From contig NZ_CP045650.1 of assembly GCF_009557235.1 (NCBI RefSeq), positions 30,001-62,000 on the forward strand: 32,000 bases of DNA, read 5' to 3'. The DNA comes from Acinetobacter wanghuae (GTDB lineage Bacteria > Pseudomonadota > Gammaproteobacteria > Pseudomonadales > Moraxellaceae). A program made the translations under genes and the position numbers. Below the pieces are notes generated by a model. That model had not been told where the DNA came from. It made no database searches and saw nothing but the letters and a program-made list of their open reading frames with translations. Below, in pieces: positions 7,773 through 17,139 of this stretch (its first letter is position 1; the number at the start of each line of letters is the position of its first letter).

Positions 7773-8774
7773 TTAAAAGGGAAATGTTGGGGTATTCCGA
7801 CGAAACTCAAGGAGCTTGTCGACGTCATCATCAATTCCAGCTTTCAAAGCTTCAAGCGAAGGATAATTCTTTTCGCCATGTAAATAGTTTAAGAACGTCA
7901 CCCGCATTAACAGGCCATACAGATTAGCAGAAACATCGGGGAAATGTACTTCTAATCGCCATTCTGGATGCTCTTGTTTGATGGCAGGACGCGTTCCGAC
8001 ATGACCTGCACCAAATAGCGCAGTCGGGGCGTAACCCATAATGCCATGTTGAGTCGAATCATTGGCTTGAACTTTCGCGCTTAACGATTCAGTCTCGCAG
8101 ACAACGTCCACTGCATAAATGCCATGCAAGCAGGGTTTATGTCGGTTTAAACGCACATTAATGGTCGGGAAATTAATGGTTCGACCAATTTGATCGCCGT
8201 ATTGTACTCGACCAGTAATACTATAAGGACGACCCAATAATTGTGCTGCAAGTGCTAAATCGCCTGCTTGCAAGGTTTGACGAATACGGGTTGAACTGAC
8301 ACGCTCACCATCTAAACGAATCGTCGATAAATTCGTCACGTCAAAACCAAATTCACGTAAAAATTCACTATTGCCCTGACGGTTTTTACCAAAGTGAAAA
8401 TCATCGCCTAAGACCAGATGTTCTGCATTGAGTTTGTCTTTTAAAATGTCGGCAAATGCTTCTGCAGTGAGGCTACGGAACGTATGATCGAACTTTGCGA
8501 CTGCAATATAGTCCACACCGAGTTCCGTTAAGTATTCGACTTTTTCACGTAACGATGAAATACGAGGCGGGGCATCATAAGCTTTAAAGTATTCAAGTGG
8601 TTGCGGCTCGAAAATCATGACCACAGTTTTTAATTTTTGTTCATCTGCCACAGCTTTCAGCTGTTTAATCATGGCCTGATGACCCAAATGTACACCGTCA
8701 AAATTGCCAATCGTCACGGCAGTTTTTTCTGACAGCGAATGGGTGTTTAAAGCATTCAGGCGGAGCAGCTTCAT
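7773..8774 (-). CDS. ribF: bifunctional riboflavin kinase / FMN adenylyltransferase
   Basis: GNFDGVHLGHQ nucleotidyltransferase motif, a C-terminal riboflavin kinase domain, and a conserved position upstream of ileS. Confidence 0.95.
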   Translation of the reverse strand: MKLLRLNALNTHSLSEKTAVTIGNFDGVHLGHQAMIKQLKAVADEQKLKTVVMIFEPQPLEYFKAYDAPPRISSLREKVEYLTELGVDYIAVAKFDHTFRSLTAEAFADILKDKLNAEHLVLGDDFHFGKNRQGNSEFLREFGFDVTNLSTIRLDGERVSSTRIRQTLQAGDLALAAQLLGRPYSITGRVQYGDQIGRTINFPTINVRLNRHKPCLHGIYAVDVVCETESLSAKVQANDSTQHGIMGYAPTALFGAGHVGTRPAIKQEHPEWRLEVHFPDVSANLYGLLMRVTFLNYLHGEKNYPSLEALKAGIDDDVDKLLEFRRNTPTFPF

Positions 8775-8981
8775 GGGCGAATCAAGTGCTTAGAAAGATC
8801 GAGAGGCTATATATTGCCATAATCTTAGCGTTTCGTCTTGTTGTTGTGTTTTTAGACAATAAAATTAATGAACTCAGGATATTTATATCAATTAAAATGA
8901 TATAAATGATAAATATTAATCAATTTTATTTATATAAATAGCTTTGTATGATGTGCTTATAGTCTTTGATGAGCAACTGCG

Positions 8982-10115
8982 ATGAAAAAGCCTTTTCAGC
9001 AACTGAAACAGCGTGGTGACATAATCCGTCAATTTACCCCAAATTGGTTTACCGTCACTATGGGAACTGGGGTTGTGGCACTGATTATTGCAGAATTACC
9101 CATCGCATCAGCGTTTTTTTGGCAGCTGGGTAATGGACTTTGGCATTTTAACATACTGCTTTTTATCTTTTTTACTGTGTTATACGCATTACGTTGGATT
9201 AAATATCCAACCGAAGCCGCACAGGTGTTGAGTCACCCAACCATGAGTTTATTTTTGGGTGCAATTCCGATGGGGCTTGCAACCATTTTAAATGGTTTTC
9301 TTAAATTTGGTGTAACTCTTTATGGTGATGTCGCGGTTCAGATTGCTGAAAGCTTATGGTATATCGATGTGATTTTGGCAGTGCTCATTGCGTGGGCTGT
9401 GCCATTTTTAATGTATAGCCGCCAACAACATCAATTACACAGCATGACTGCAGTATGGTTACTCCCCATTGTGGCGTGTGAGGTTGCAGCAAGTAGTGGT
9501 GGCTTATTGCTACAACATTTAGAAGTGAGCCAACATGCGGTTATGATTTTACTGGGTAGCTATGTGTTGTGGGGCATTTCAGTTTTACCTGCCTTTGCCA
9601 TTTTAACCATTCTGATGCTGCGTTTAGCGATGCATCAATTGCCTGCAAAGGATATGGCCATCAGCAGTTGGCTTGCCCTCGGTCCAATTGGAACAGGTGC
9701 TTTGGCATTGCTGCTTTTAGGTCAGCAAGCGCCTCAAGTCCTTGCTGTGGTTGAGCTGAAACAGGTGGGTGAGTTCTTTCAATATGCAGGTATGTTTGGC
9801 AGTTTAATTTTATTGGGCTTTGGTGTGTGGTGGTTAGGTATTGCGATTTTGACCACTATTCAGCATCTAAAAACAGGCTTGCCGTTTAATTTGGGTTGGT
9901 GGGGACTGACTTTTCCGCTGGGTGTATTTACGCTTGCCGTACTCAATGTTGCTGCGCAAACAGGTGTCAATGGAATTACCCAGATAGGCTATGCCTTAGC
10001 AATTTTACTCATTGGGCTTTGGTTCATGGTCATGGCAAAAACAGTGCACGGTTTTTATTGCGGTACATTGTTCTTTTCACCTTGCTTAAAGCGTTACTTA
10101 GAACAAAAAGCATAA
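8982..10115 (+). CDS. TDT family (TehA/Mae1-like tellurite-resistance/dicarboxylate) transporter
   Basis: About 10 TM helices and an N-terminal NWFTVTMGTGV motif characteristic of the TehA/SLAC1/Mae1 family. Confidence 0.75.
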   Translation: MKKPFQQLKQRGDIIRQFTPNWFTVTMGTGVVALIIAELPIASAFFWQLGNGLWHFNILLFIFFTVLYALRWIKYPTEAAQVLSHPTMSLFLGAIPMGLATILNGFLKFGVTLYGDVAVQIAESLWYIDVILAVLIAWAVPFLMYSRQQHQLHSMTAVWLLPIVACEVAASSGGLLLQHLEVSQHAVMILLGSYVLWGISVLPAFAILTILMLRLAMHQLPAKDMAISSWLALGPIGTGALALLLLGQQAPQVLAVVELKQVGEFFQYAGMFGSLILLGFGVWWLGIAILTTIQHLKTGLPFNLGWWGLTFPLGVFTLAVLNVAAQTGVNGITQIGYALAILLIGLWFMVMAKTVHGFYCGTLFFSPCLKRYLEQKA

Positions 10116-10137
10116 AGGCTCAATAAAGAAATGCGTC

Positions 10138-10164
10138 AAGCTGAGATGATTCTCAGCTTTTTTC
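10138..10164 (+). terminator. rho-independent terminator of the transporter gene
   Basis: aagctgaga-tgat-tctcagctt hairpin followed by a T-run. Confidence 0.85.
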
Positions 10165-10228
10165 TATTTGCAGTTTGATTCAGCTTAATTTTTAATATGT
10201 CGTTAATATCGAGCTAACGAGAATATGA

Positions 10229-10795
10229 ATGTCTGATTTTGCTTTAATTATGGCATTGCCCAATGAATCGAAAGGCTTATTTGAAGCTGAAGGGATTGAA
10301 GTCCATTACAGTGGCATTGGTAAAGTCAATGCAGCATTTAAAGCTTTTGAAATTATTCAAAAAACCGGCTGTAAAACTTTAATCAATTTAGGCTCGGCGG
10401 GCAGTTCGTATTTTGATGCGCATTCATTGGTTGAAGTAAGTGAGTTCGTACAACGTGATATGGATGTATCACCGCTTGGATTTGAGGTGGGTGTGACACC
10501 CATGGATGATGAGTATCCTGCTGGAATTCAGCTTGAAAGTTTCTTTGAATATTTACCGAAAGGTATATGCGGTACTGGAGACAGTTTTGAAACGGGTCTG
10601 CCTAAAGTACCGTGTAACTTAGTCGATATGGAAGGCTACGCAATCGCTAAAGTGTGTAAAAAACTCGGTGTTCGATTTGTCTCGGTCAAATATATTACCG
10701 ATGGTGCGAACGACACGGCACATTTAGATTGGGAAGAAAACTTATTATTGGGTGCAAGGAAGTTATTATCGTTATATCAAACGGTCAAAATCTAG
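10229..10795 (+). CDS. MTA/SAH-nucleosidase-like nucleoside phosphorylase (PNP_UDP_1 family), short form
   Basis: GSAGS and VDMEGYAIAKVC...ITDGAND motifs resemble Pfs/MtnN, but at 188 aa it is shorter than canonical Pfs. Confidence 0.7.
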   Translation: MSDFALIMALPNESKGLFEAEGIEVHYSGIGKVNAAFKAFEIIQKTGCKTLINLGSAGSSYFDAHSLVEVSEFVQRDMDVSPLGFEVGVTPMDDEYPAGIQLESFFEYLPKGICGTGDSFETGLPKVPCNLVDMEGYAIAKVCKKLGVRFVSVKYITDGANDTAHLDWEENLLLGARKLLSLYQTVKI

Positions 10796-10858
10796 AATAA
10801 ACAACAGTGATTCGGCGACCATAAATGCTATGGTCGTATGCCAAGTATTCGCTCAAAA

Positions 10859-11479
10859 TTACTTTTCAGGACGTGGAATCACACCGTAAAGCATCATATG
10901 TACCGTATGTTGAATAATACGTTGTTGCATGCTGCGATTACGTAAAGTTTTACCTGTCACCATTTCCATCTGTGTCGAAAAATCGGCATAGTTTTGGGTA
11001 AGTGCCCAAATGTTTAAAATGAGCAATTCAGGGTCAATATCTTGCGAAATTTTACCTTGTTCTTGCCAATTACTAATCACTTTAGCTTTGCGCTTCACCA
11101 ATTTCTTGAGTGGACCTTTTAAGATCTCAAGAATATGCGGTGCACCTTGAATTACTTCCAAAGCAAATAAACGTGATGCTTTTGGTTGAGTGCGTGATAC
11201 CTCAATTTTTTGCAGTAAGTAATTGGTAATGGCTTCTTCAGGCTCAAGTTCAGCTTCAAGGGTTTGCAAAGGCGCAAGCCATTTTTGTAGAACCGTTGTT
11301 AAAACTTCGACATAAAGTGCTTCTTTATTTTCATAGTAATAGAAAATATTCGACTTATGCATTTCTGCAATTTGTGCAATTTCATCGAGACTTGCCCCAC
11401 TAAAACCATAGAGAGAAAAGACATCGAGCGCAGCACTCAGCAGCTGGTTGCGTTTTTGGGTACTCTTTTTTTGTTCCAT
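10859..11479 (-). CDS. rutR: TetR-family regulator, RutR-like
   Basis: Close resemblance along its length to E. coli RutR (LSAALDVFS..GF.G..L..IA, KEALY, EVSR..P.ASRLF, W..TQ.YADF). The start is uncertain: I chose ATG 11479, with alternatives at 11512 and 11515. None has a good SD. Confidence 0.7.
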   Translation of the reverse strand: MEQKKSTQKRNQLLSAALDVFSLYGFSGASLDEIAQIAEMHKSNIFYYYENKEALYVEVLTTVLQKWLAPLQTLEAELEPEEAITNYLLQKIEVSRTQPKASRLFALEVIQGAPHILEILKGPLKKLVKRKAKVISNWQEQGKISQDIDPELLILNIWALTQNYADFSTQMEMVTGKTLRNRSMQQRIIQHTVHMMLYGVIPRPEK

Positions 11480-11754
11480 CGGCAATTTAAAAGCAAGGAA
11501 AAAGGGAATCATCAATTGTACGGCAAATCATCAGATTTGTGCATAAAGTCTAAGTGCAATTTTCTGAATAATCGTGATTTATTCTGTAGATTGGCTATTA
11601 AATTACGATAAATTCGACAATTATTCTATAAAAAATCAAGTTGATGAAAAATCTAAGATTATTTAAAAAATTTTGATATTCAATACATTAAACTAAAAAA
11701 TGAGAAATTCATCACATTTTAGGGGTTATACGTAATATGCACGAATGACTTAAA

Positions 11755-11798
11755 TGAAAAGAAAAGCAGTGATTTTGATTGATAAAAATACACTGCTT
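11755..11798 (-). terminator. possible terminator after ssuB
   Basis: 8-bp stem aagcagtg/cactgctt with a long 19-nt loop, followed on the minus strand by UUUUCUUUUC. Confidence 0.4.
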
Positions 11799-11829
11799 AA
11801 GCTTATAGAATTTTTTGAATAGCTGAAGT

Positions 11830-12639
11830 TTAGGTCGCTAATACAGCATTTAGCACTTGTTGTTCAAGTTCAGCGAATTGGACATTTTTCTGACGAGGAC
11901 GTGGCAAATTCACGCTAAATTCTTTTGCAATATGCCCTTTATCAAGCAAAATAATACGATCGGCAAGTTGTACCGCTTCACTGACATCATGCGTCACCAA
12001 AATGGCAGTAAAGCCTTGTTCAGTCCATAATTTTTCAATTAATGCCTGCATATCTAAGCGGGTCAAAGCATCGAGTGCGCCTAAAGGCTCATCCAATAAT
12101 AGAATACGTGGCTTATGTGACAAAGCACGGGCAAGTGCAGTGCGTTGACGTTGACCGCCTGATAACTGCGATGGCCAAAGCGCAGCTTTTTCTGCTAAGC
12201 CGACTTTTTTAAGCAGCTCAGATGCGTTGCCGTGTTGTTCTTTTTGCAGACCCAATTGCACGTTTTGCTCAATGCTACGCCAAGGGAGTAAACGTGGATC
12301 TTGGAACATGACTCGAATATCATCTGCGCTAATGCCTTCGCGAATATGACGCGCAGACTTAAAGCGAATTTCACCGTAACTTTGCTGTTCAAGATCAGCA
12401 ATTAATCGGAGTAAGGTGCTTTTACCACAACCACTACGACCCACAATGGCAAGAAATTCACCCGGCTGAATATGCAGGTCTAAATCTTCAAGGATTTTGA
12501 CTGAGCCATAAAATTTATGCAATTGCTCAATAATAATTTCTGCACCAATCACTGCATGTGGATTGATATCTGCGGTTGAAGGGCTTTTACCTACCGTTTT
12601 TTCTTCATTGGCGTGACGGCTTAAACTTAAATCTGTCAT
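11830..12639 (-). CDS. ssuB: aliphatic sulfonate ABC transporter ATP-binding protein
   Basis: Walker [10 protein letters not shown], signature LSGGQRQR, Walker B LLLDEP, and operon context. ATG 12639 lies 6 nt after AAGGAG; GTG 12642 is too close to it. Confidence 0.9.
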   Translation of the reverse strand: MTDLSLSRHANEEKTVGKSPSTADINPHAVIGAEIIIEQLHKFYGSVKILEDLDLHIQPGEFLAIVGRSGCGKSTLLRLIADLEQQSYGEIRFKSARHIREGISADDIRVMFQDPRLLPWRSIEQNVQLGLQKEQHGNASELLKKVGLAEKAALWPSQLSGGQRQRTALARALSHKPRILLLDEPLGALDALTRLDMQALIEKLWTEQGFTAILVTHDVSEAVQLADRIILLDKGHIAKEFSVNLPRPRQKNVQFAELEQQVLNAVLAT

Positions 12640-12664
12640 CACATGCTCCTTAATGTATTTTCAA

Positions 12665-13480
12665 TTATTTTTGGTAACCGGCATGCCAGCGTAGAAGGAA
12701 ACGTTCAAGCATTACGGCAAATACATCTGCTAATTTACCCAGTAATGCGTACAGTAAAATACCAACCAAGACCACATCGGTTTGCAAGAACTCACGTGCA
12801 TTCATGGTCATATAACCAATACCTGATTGTGCCGAAATGGTTTCTGCCACAATGAGAAGCACCCAAACGAGACCAAGCGAAAAGCGTAAGCCAACCAAAA
12901 TAGAGGGCATTGCACCTGGTAAAATAATTTCTCTATACAGCTGCCAACGGGTCAAACCATAGCTTTTACCCATTTCAATGAGTTGTGGGTCAACCGAGCG
13001 AATCCCATGATAGGTATTGATATAAATCGGGAAAAATACCCCAATAGCAACCAAGAATAATTTGGCTGATTCATCAATCCCGAACCATAAAATTACCAAT
13101 GGAATTAAGGCTAAAGCCGGAATATTACGAATCATTTGTAGGGTGGTATCAAGCAGGGTAGATGCCAGTTTTGATGAACCATTGAGTAAGCCCAAAAGTA
13201 GACCTAAACCACCACCGACCAATAAGCCACTGATAGCACGTCCTGCACTGACTTTGACATGTGTCCACAGTACGCCTGACACCAATAAATCCCAAAACGC
13301 AATTGCAACAGCACTCGGGGCGGGCAAAATACGGCTTTCTAATAAACCGGTACTCGACGCAATTTGCCAAAGTAAAATGAGCACAACCGGAACTAACCAA
13401 GGCAGCAAACGCTGCCCGAGTTGTGTTCCACGTGAAACCTGTTTTTCTTTGATGGTTTCAATTGAAACGACCTTTGACAT
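12665..13480 (-). CDS. ssuC: aliphatic sulfonate ABC transporter permease
   Basis: BPD-type permease with 6 TM helices. Its start overlaps the ssuD stop (TAATG). Confidence 0.9.
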   Translation of the reverse strand: MSKVVSIETIKEKQVSRGTQLGQRLLPWLVPVVLILLWQIASSTGLLESRILPAPSAVAIAFWDLLVSGVLWTHVKVSAGRAISGLLVGGGLGLLLGLLNGSSKLASTLLDTTLQMIRNIPALALIPLVILWFGIDESAKLFLVAIGVFFPIYINTYHGIRSVDPQLIEMGKSYGLTRWQLYREIILPGAMPSILVGLRFSLGLVWVLLIVAETISAQSGIGYMTMNAREFLQTDVVLVGILLYALLGKLADVFAVMLERFLLRWHAGYQK

Positions 13481-14655
13481 TAAGCCAGCTCCTGAATATT
13501 TTCAGCCTTCTTATTTTCTTCAGGTGTGTAGTTATTTGCTACGATTTCACCAAAAGGACCTGTGAGGTTTGGCTGTGCTAATTTTTGTTGTGTTTCAAGC
13601 GGAAGAAGAGGGAAGACCAATTCTGCAAAACGAATTGATTCTTCAAGGTGTGGGTAACCCGAGAAAATAAATGTACTAATACCAAGGTCGGCATACTCTT
13701 GAATACGTGCTGCAACAGTTTCAGGGTCGCCCACCAGCGCAGTACCTGCACCACCACGAACTAAGCCGACACCTGCCCAAAGGTTAGGCGACACTTCAAG
13801 TTTAGTACGATCACCATTGTGCAGCTCTGCCATACGACGCTGACCAACAGAATCCATTTGTTTGAATTTCTTCTGTGCTGCTGCAATAGTTGCATCATCC
13901 ACATATTGAATCAGTTCTTCAGCTGCAGCCCATGCTTGTTCGTTAGTCTCACGCACAATCACATGTAAACGGATACCGTAATTGAGTTCACGACCTTTTG
14001 CTGCTGCTTTTTGACGAACCACGTCAATTTTCTCTTTCACTGCTGCAGGTGGCTCACCCCAAGTTAAATAGGTATCGACTTGTTCTGTAGCCAACTCAAT
14101 AGCATCATCCGATGAACCACCGAACCAAAGTGGTGGATAAGGTTTTTGAATAGGTGGATACAATAATTTCGCATTGTCGACGCTGAGACGTTCACCATGG
14201 AAAGTAAAGCTTTCACCTGTATGTGAACGAGTTAAAATCTCACGCCAAATTTTGGTGTATTCATTGGCTGTTTTATAACGTGTTGAATGGTCTTCATAAA
14301 CGCCATCGCCTTTTAATTCTTCTTCATCGCCACCTGTCACAAGGTTCAGTAACACACGGCCACCAGACAAACGGTCAAAAGTTGCTGCCATACGCGCAGT
14401 CAGTGCAGGCGTGGTTACACCTGGACGAAGTGCCACAAGGAATTTTAATTTTTTCGTTGCATCAATCAAGCTTGCTGCAGTTAACCATGGATCTTCACAT
14501 GAACGTCCTGTTGGAATCAGTACACCCTCATAGCCTAGGTTATCTACCGCAACAGCAATCTGCTTCATATACGCATGATCGACTACACGTGCACCTTTAC
14601 TTGTGCCAAGGTAGCGACTGTCACCATGTGTTGGAATAAACCAGAAAATTTTCAT
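13480..14655 (-). CDS. ssuD: FMNH2-dependent alkanesulfonate monooxygenase
   Basis: Luciferase-like monooxygenase with the [18 protein letters not shown]-terminus typical of SsuD. AAGGAA RBS. Confidence 0.92.
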   Translation of the reverse strand: MKIFWFIPTHGDSRYLGTSKGARVVDHAYMKQIAVAVDNLGYEGVLIPTGRSCEDPWLTAASLIDATKKLKFLVALRPGVTTPALTARMAATFDRLSGGRVLLNLVTGGDEEELKGDGVYEDHSTRYKTANEYTKIWREILTRSHTGESFTFHGERLSVDNAKLLYPPIQKPYPPLWFGGSSDDAIELATEQVDTYLTWGEPPAAVKEKIDVVRQKAAAKGRELNYGIRLHVIVRETNEQAWAAAEELIQYVDDATIAAAQKKFKQMDSVGQRRMAELHNGDRTKLEVSPNLWAGVGLVRGGAGTALVGDPETVAARIQEYADLGISTFIFSGYPHLEESIRFAELVFPLLPLETQQKLAQPNLTGPFGEIVANNYTPEENKKAENIQELA

Positions 14656-14690
14656 GTGATGTTCCTTTATTTAAAAGATAGTGCTCGGTA

Positions 14691-15692
14691 TCAATTTGAT
14701 GATGGAATAGACCAGACAATTGGCTGGATGTTCAATTTGTTAGGAATCAGTCCCAATGTTTGGAAACTGTCTGCAATATTTTGTTGTGCTTGAATCTGTT
14801 CAGTGCCTAAGGCGTGAATAGGCGAAGGTTTGTTACGACGCTCAAATGCACGTTCTGCAACAGCTTTATCCAAGCCCGTATTTTTTTGATAAATTTCTAA
14901 AGCGACTTTTTGGTTTTTTAAAATCCATTGGTCGGCATTATTTAAGGCATTTAAAAACTGAGCTGTGGCTTGTGGATGTGTATTGATAAATTTTGGACTG
15001 GCGACATAGAACGAGTAGGTTTGATCAAAGTCACCTGTTTTCGTGAGTACACGTGCTTGATCTTGTATTTCTACTGCCGCAAGGAACGGATCCCAAATTA
15101 CCCACGCATCGACTGATTTCTTATCGAAAGCTGCACGCGCATCAGCAGGCGGTAGCCAAATCGGTTGAATATCGGTCCATGTTAAGCCTGCACGTTGCAA
15201 TACTTTTGATAACAACTCATGTGCATTGGAGCCTTTTTGCAGTGCAATCCGCTTGCCTTTGAGCTGTGTCAATTGGGTAATGGCGCTGTTGTCATGAACC
15301 ACCAAAGCAAGACTGTGAGCAGGTGTTACTTCATATGCGACATAGTTCAAATCTTTCTTGGCAGCTTGTGCAAAAATAGGCGGTGTATTGCCTACAGAAC
15401 CATAGTCCACTGCGCCCACTGCCAAAGCTTCTAACATTTGGGGACCCGCAGGAAATTCAATCCACTCGATTTTTGCATGTGGAAATTGTTGTTCAATTAA
15501 TTTTTCATCACGTGCGACCAATAAATTGAGTGAGGATTTTTGAAATCCAATGGCAACTTTTTTTACGTCTTTCGCTACGCTGCTTTCAGCAGCAGCGGCA
15601 TCAAGCTTATTCTCTTGCTTTTGCTGACATGCGCTCAATCCTAAACCAAGGGCGGTCAGACTGAGCACTGAAAGTATTTTTAATGTTGCCAT
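14691..15692 (-). CDS. ssuA: sulfonate ABC transporter substrate-binding lipoprotein
   Basis: Lipobox LSAC, an NMT1/SsuA-like periplasmic binding fold, and operon context. Confidence 0.88.
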   Translation of the reverse strand: MATLKILSVLSLTALGLGLSACQQKQENKLDAAAAESSVAKDVKKVAIGFQKSSLNLLVARDEKLIEQQFPHAKIEWIEFPAGPQMLEALAVGAVDYGSVGNTPPIFAQAAKKDLNYVAYEVTPAHSLALVVHDNSAITQLTQLKGKRIALQKGSNAHELLSKVLQRAGLTWTDIQPIWLPPADARAAFDKKSVDAWVIWDPFLAAVEIQDQARVLTKTGDFDQTYSFYVASPKFINTHPQATAQFLNALNNADQWILKNQKVALEIYQKNTGLDKAVAERAFERRNKPSPIHALGTEQIQAQQNIADSFQTLGLIPNKLNIQPIVWSIPSSN

Positions 15693-15709
15693 GGGAAAAT
15701 CCTCATTTT

Positions 15710-16666
15710 TTATTTAATAATGGCGGCTTCAATATTGAGTTTTTGTGGAATTAGTTGTTGACCGTAGAATGCGTCAGCCACTTGTTGTTGTTTTTGCACC
15801 ACATCACTTGAAAGTGGTTTGACACCAAAGCCCATACGCGAAATGGATGTTTCCAGTACATCTAGGGCAAGTCCTGTTGGTTTTTCTAATAATTTTGCCG
15901 CTTCAGCTTGATTCTGTGAGACCCACTCAGTTGTTAAGTTCAATTCATTTACGACTGCTGAAATCACCTCTGGATGTGCTTCTGCAAATTTACGATCGGC
16001 TAAATAGAATTGGTGGTTATTGACTAAGTTTTCACCTGTCGCAATGACACGTGCGCCAATTTGGTGTTCTGCTGCGGCAAAGAACGGATCCCAAATGACC
16101 CACGCATCGACTGCGCCACGTTCAAATGCCGCACGTGCATCCGATGGGGGTAAGTAAACTACTTCAATATCGCTAAGTTTTAAGTTATTGGCTTCGAGTA
16201 CTTTAAGAAGCAAGTAATGTACGTTTGAACCTTTGTTCAACACCACGCGTTTGCCTTTTAAGTCTTTTACCGATTGGATATTTGAGTCTTTCTGCACAAT
16301 TAAAGCTTCAGCTTTTGGTGCTTGTGGCTGGTTTGCGACATAAACTAAATTGGCATTGGCCGCTTGTGCAAAAATAGGCGGTGCTTCACCTGCTTCACCG
16401 AAGGAAACGCTACCGACATTTAAGCCTTCAAGTAGTTGTGGTCCTGCAGGAAACTCCACCCATTTCACATTCACATTTTGTGCTTTTAACGCTGTTTCTA
16501 AGTTGCCACGTTCTTTTAAAATCGGCAGTACGCCGTATTTTTGGAAGCCAATATTTAAAGTAAGGTCTTGTTCTTGTTTTGAGCAAGCTGAAAGCATCAT
16601 GACGCCAGCAATCGCAGCGCTAAGTACAGCTGTTTTTGCTAATAATTTAATATGAGATTGGCGCAT
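15710..16666 (-). CDS. second sulfonate/taurine-type substrate-binding lipoprotein (SsuA paralogue)
   Basis: Lipobox LSAC. Clearly paralogous to the adjacent SsuA (shared blocks EFPAGPQ.LE.L.VG, PPIFAQAA, VDAWVIWDPF). Confidence 0.85.
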   Translation of the reverse strand: MRQSHIKLLAKTAVLSAAIAGVMMLSACSKQEQDLTLNIGFQKYGVLPILKERGNLETALKAQNVNVKWVEFPAGPQLLEGLNVGSVSFGEAGEAPPIFAQAANANLVYVANQPQAPKAEALIVQKDSNIQSVKDLKGKRVVLNKGSNVHYLLLKVLEANNLKLSDIEVVYLPPSDARAAFERGAVDAWVIWDPFFAAAEHQIGARVIATGENLVNNHQFYLADRKFAEAHPEVISAVVNELNLTTEWVSQNQAEAAKLLEKPTGLALDVLETSISRMGFGVKPLSSDVVQKQQQVADAFYGQQLIPQKLNIEAAIIK

Positions 16667-17085
16667 GAAACAAAGCTCCTAAACAACCCAATGGGATCTA
16701 TAAATAAGTTAGACACACGCTAATGGATTATGCTTTCCAAAAAAAATAACAATTCAGGAATTTCTAATGAGAAAAAAAGATAAATAAAAAAGCGCAAAAG
16801 ATATGCGAAAAAGTGATTAAGCGAATGAATTTTTATGCATGCGAATTGATTGCAAATTAATGAAATTATTAATAATTTAACTAAATATAGATAAGTGATA
16901 AGTTTAGCTTTGGAAAAGAAATAGAAAAGTGCTTAGAACAATCTTTTTCTCAGATAAATATATTCAAAATGAAGATAATGCAAATTAAAAAAATCAGGTG
17001 ATGATCAGCATCTAATTCAACATTAAATTACAAAGTAATGTTCTTTTAGCTAATGAGTACGCTTGTTTTAAGATGAAAAAAGCCG

Positions 17086-17117
17086 CAAAAAAAAGCCCAT
17101 ATTATTCAATATAGGCT
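17086..17117 (-). terminator. rho-independent terminator after argA
   Basis: Minus strand: AGCCUAUAU...AUAUGGGCU hairpin followed by U8. Confidence 0.75.
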
Positions 17118-17139
17118 GATGTATTTTGATTGTTTTAGA

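Noticed and set aside
10816-10836. Hairpin cgaccata-aatgc-tatggtcg between the convergent nucleosidase and RutR-like genes as a terminator
   Set aside because: It is an 8-bp stem but has no U-tract on either side. It could help 3'-end formation, but I cannot support calling it an intrinsic terminator.
13062-13565. 167-aa plus-strand ORF antisense to ssuC/ssuD. The same type occurs at 4003-4410, 3939-4151, 14223-14639, 16350-16655 and 21783-22013, and there are several within ileS.
   Set aside because: These lie entirely inside well-supported genes on the opposite strand. They have biased Ser/Pro/Arg-rich composition and no RBS, typical of antisense shadow ORFs.
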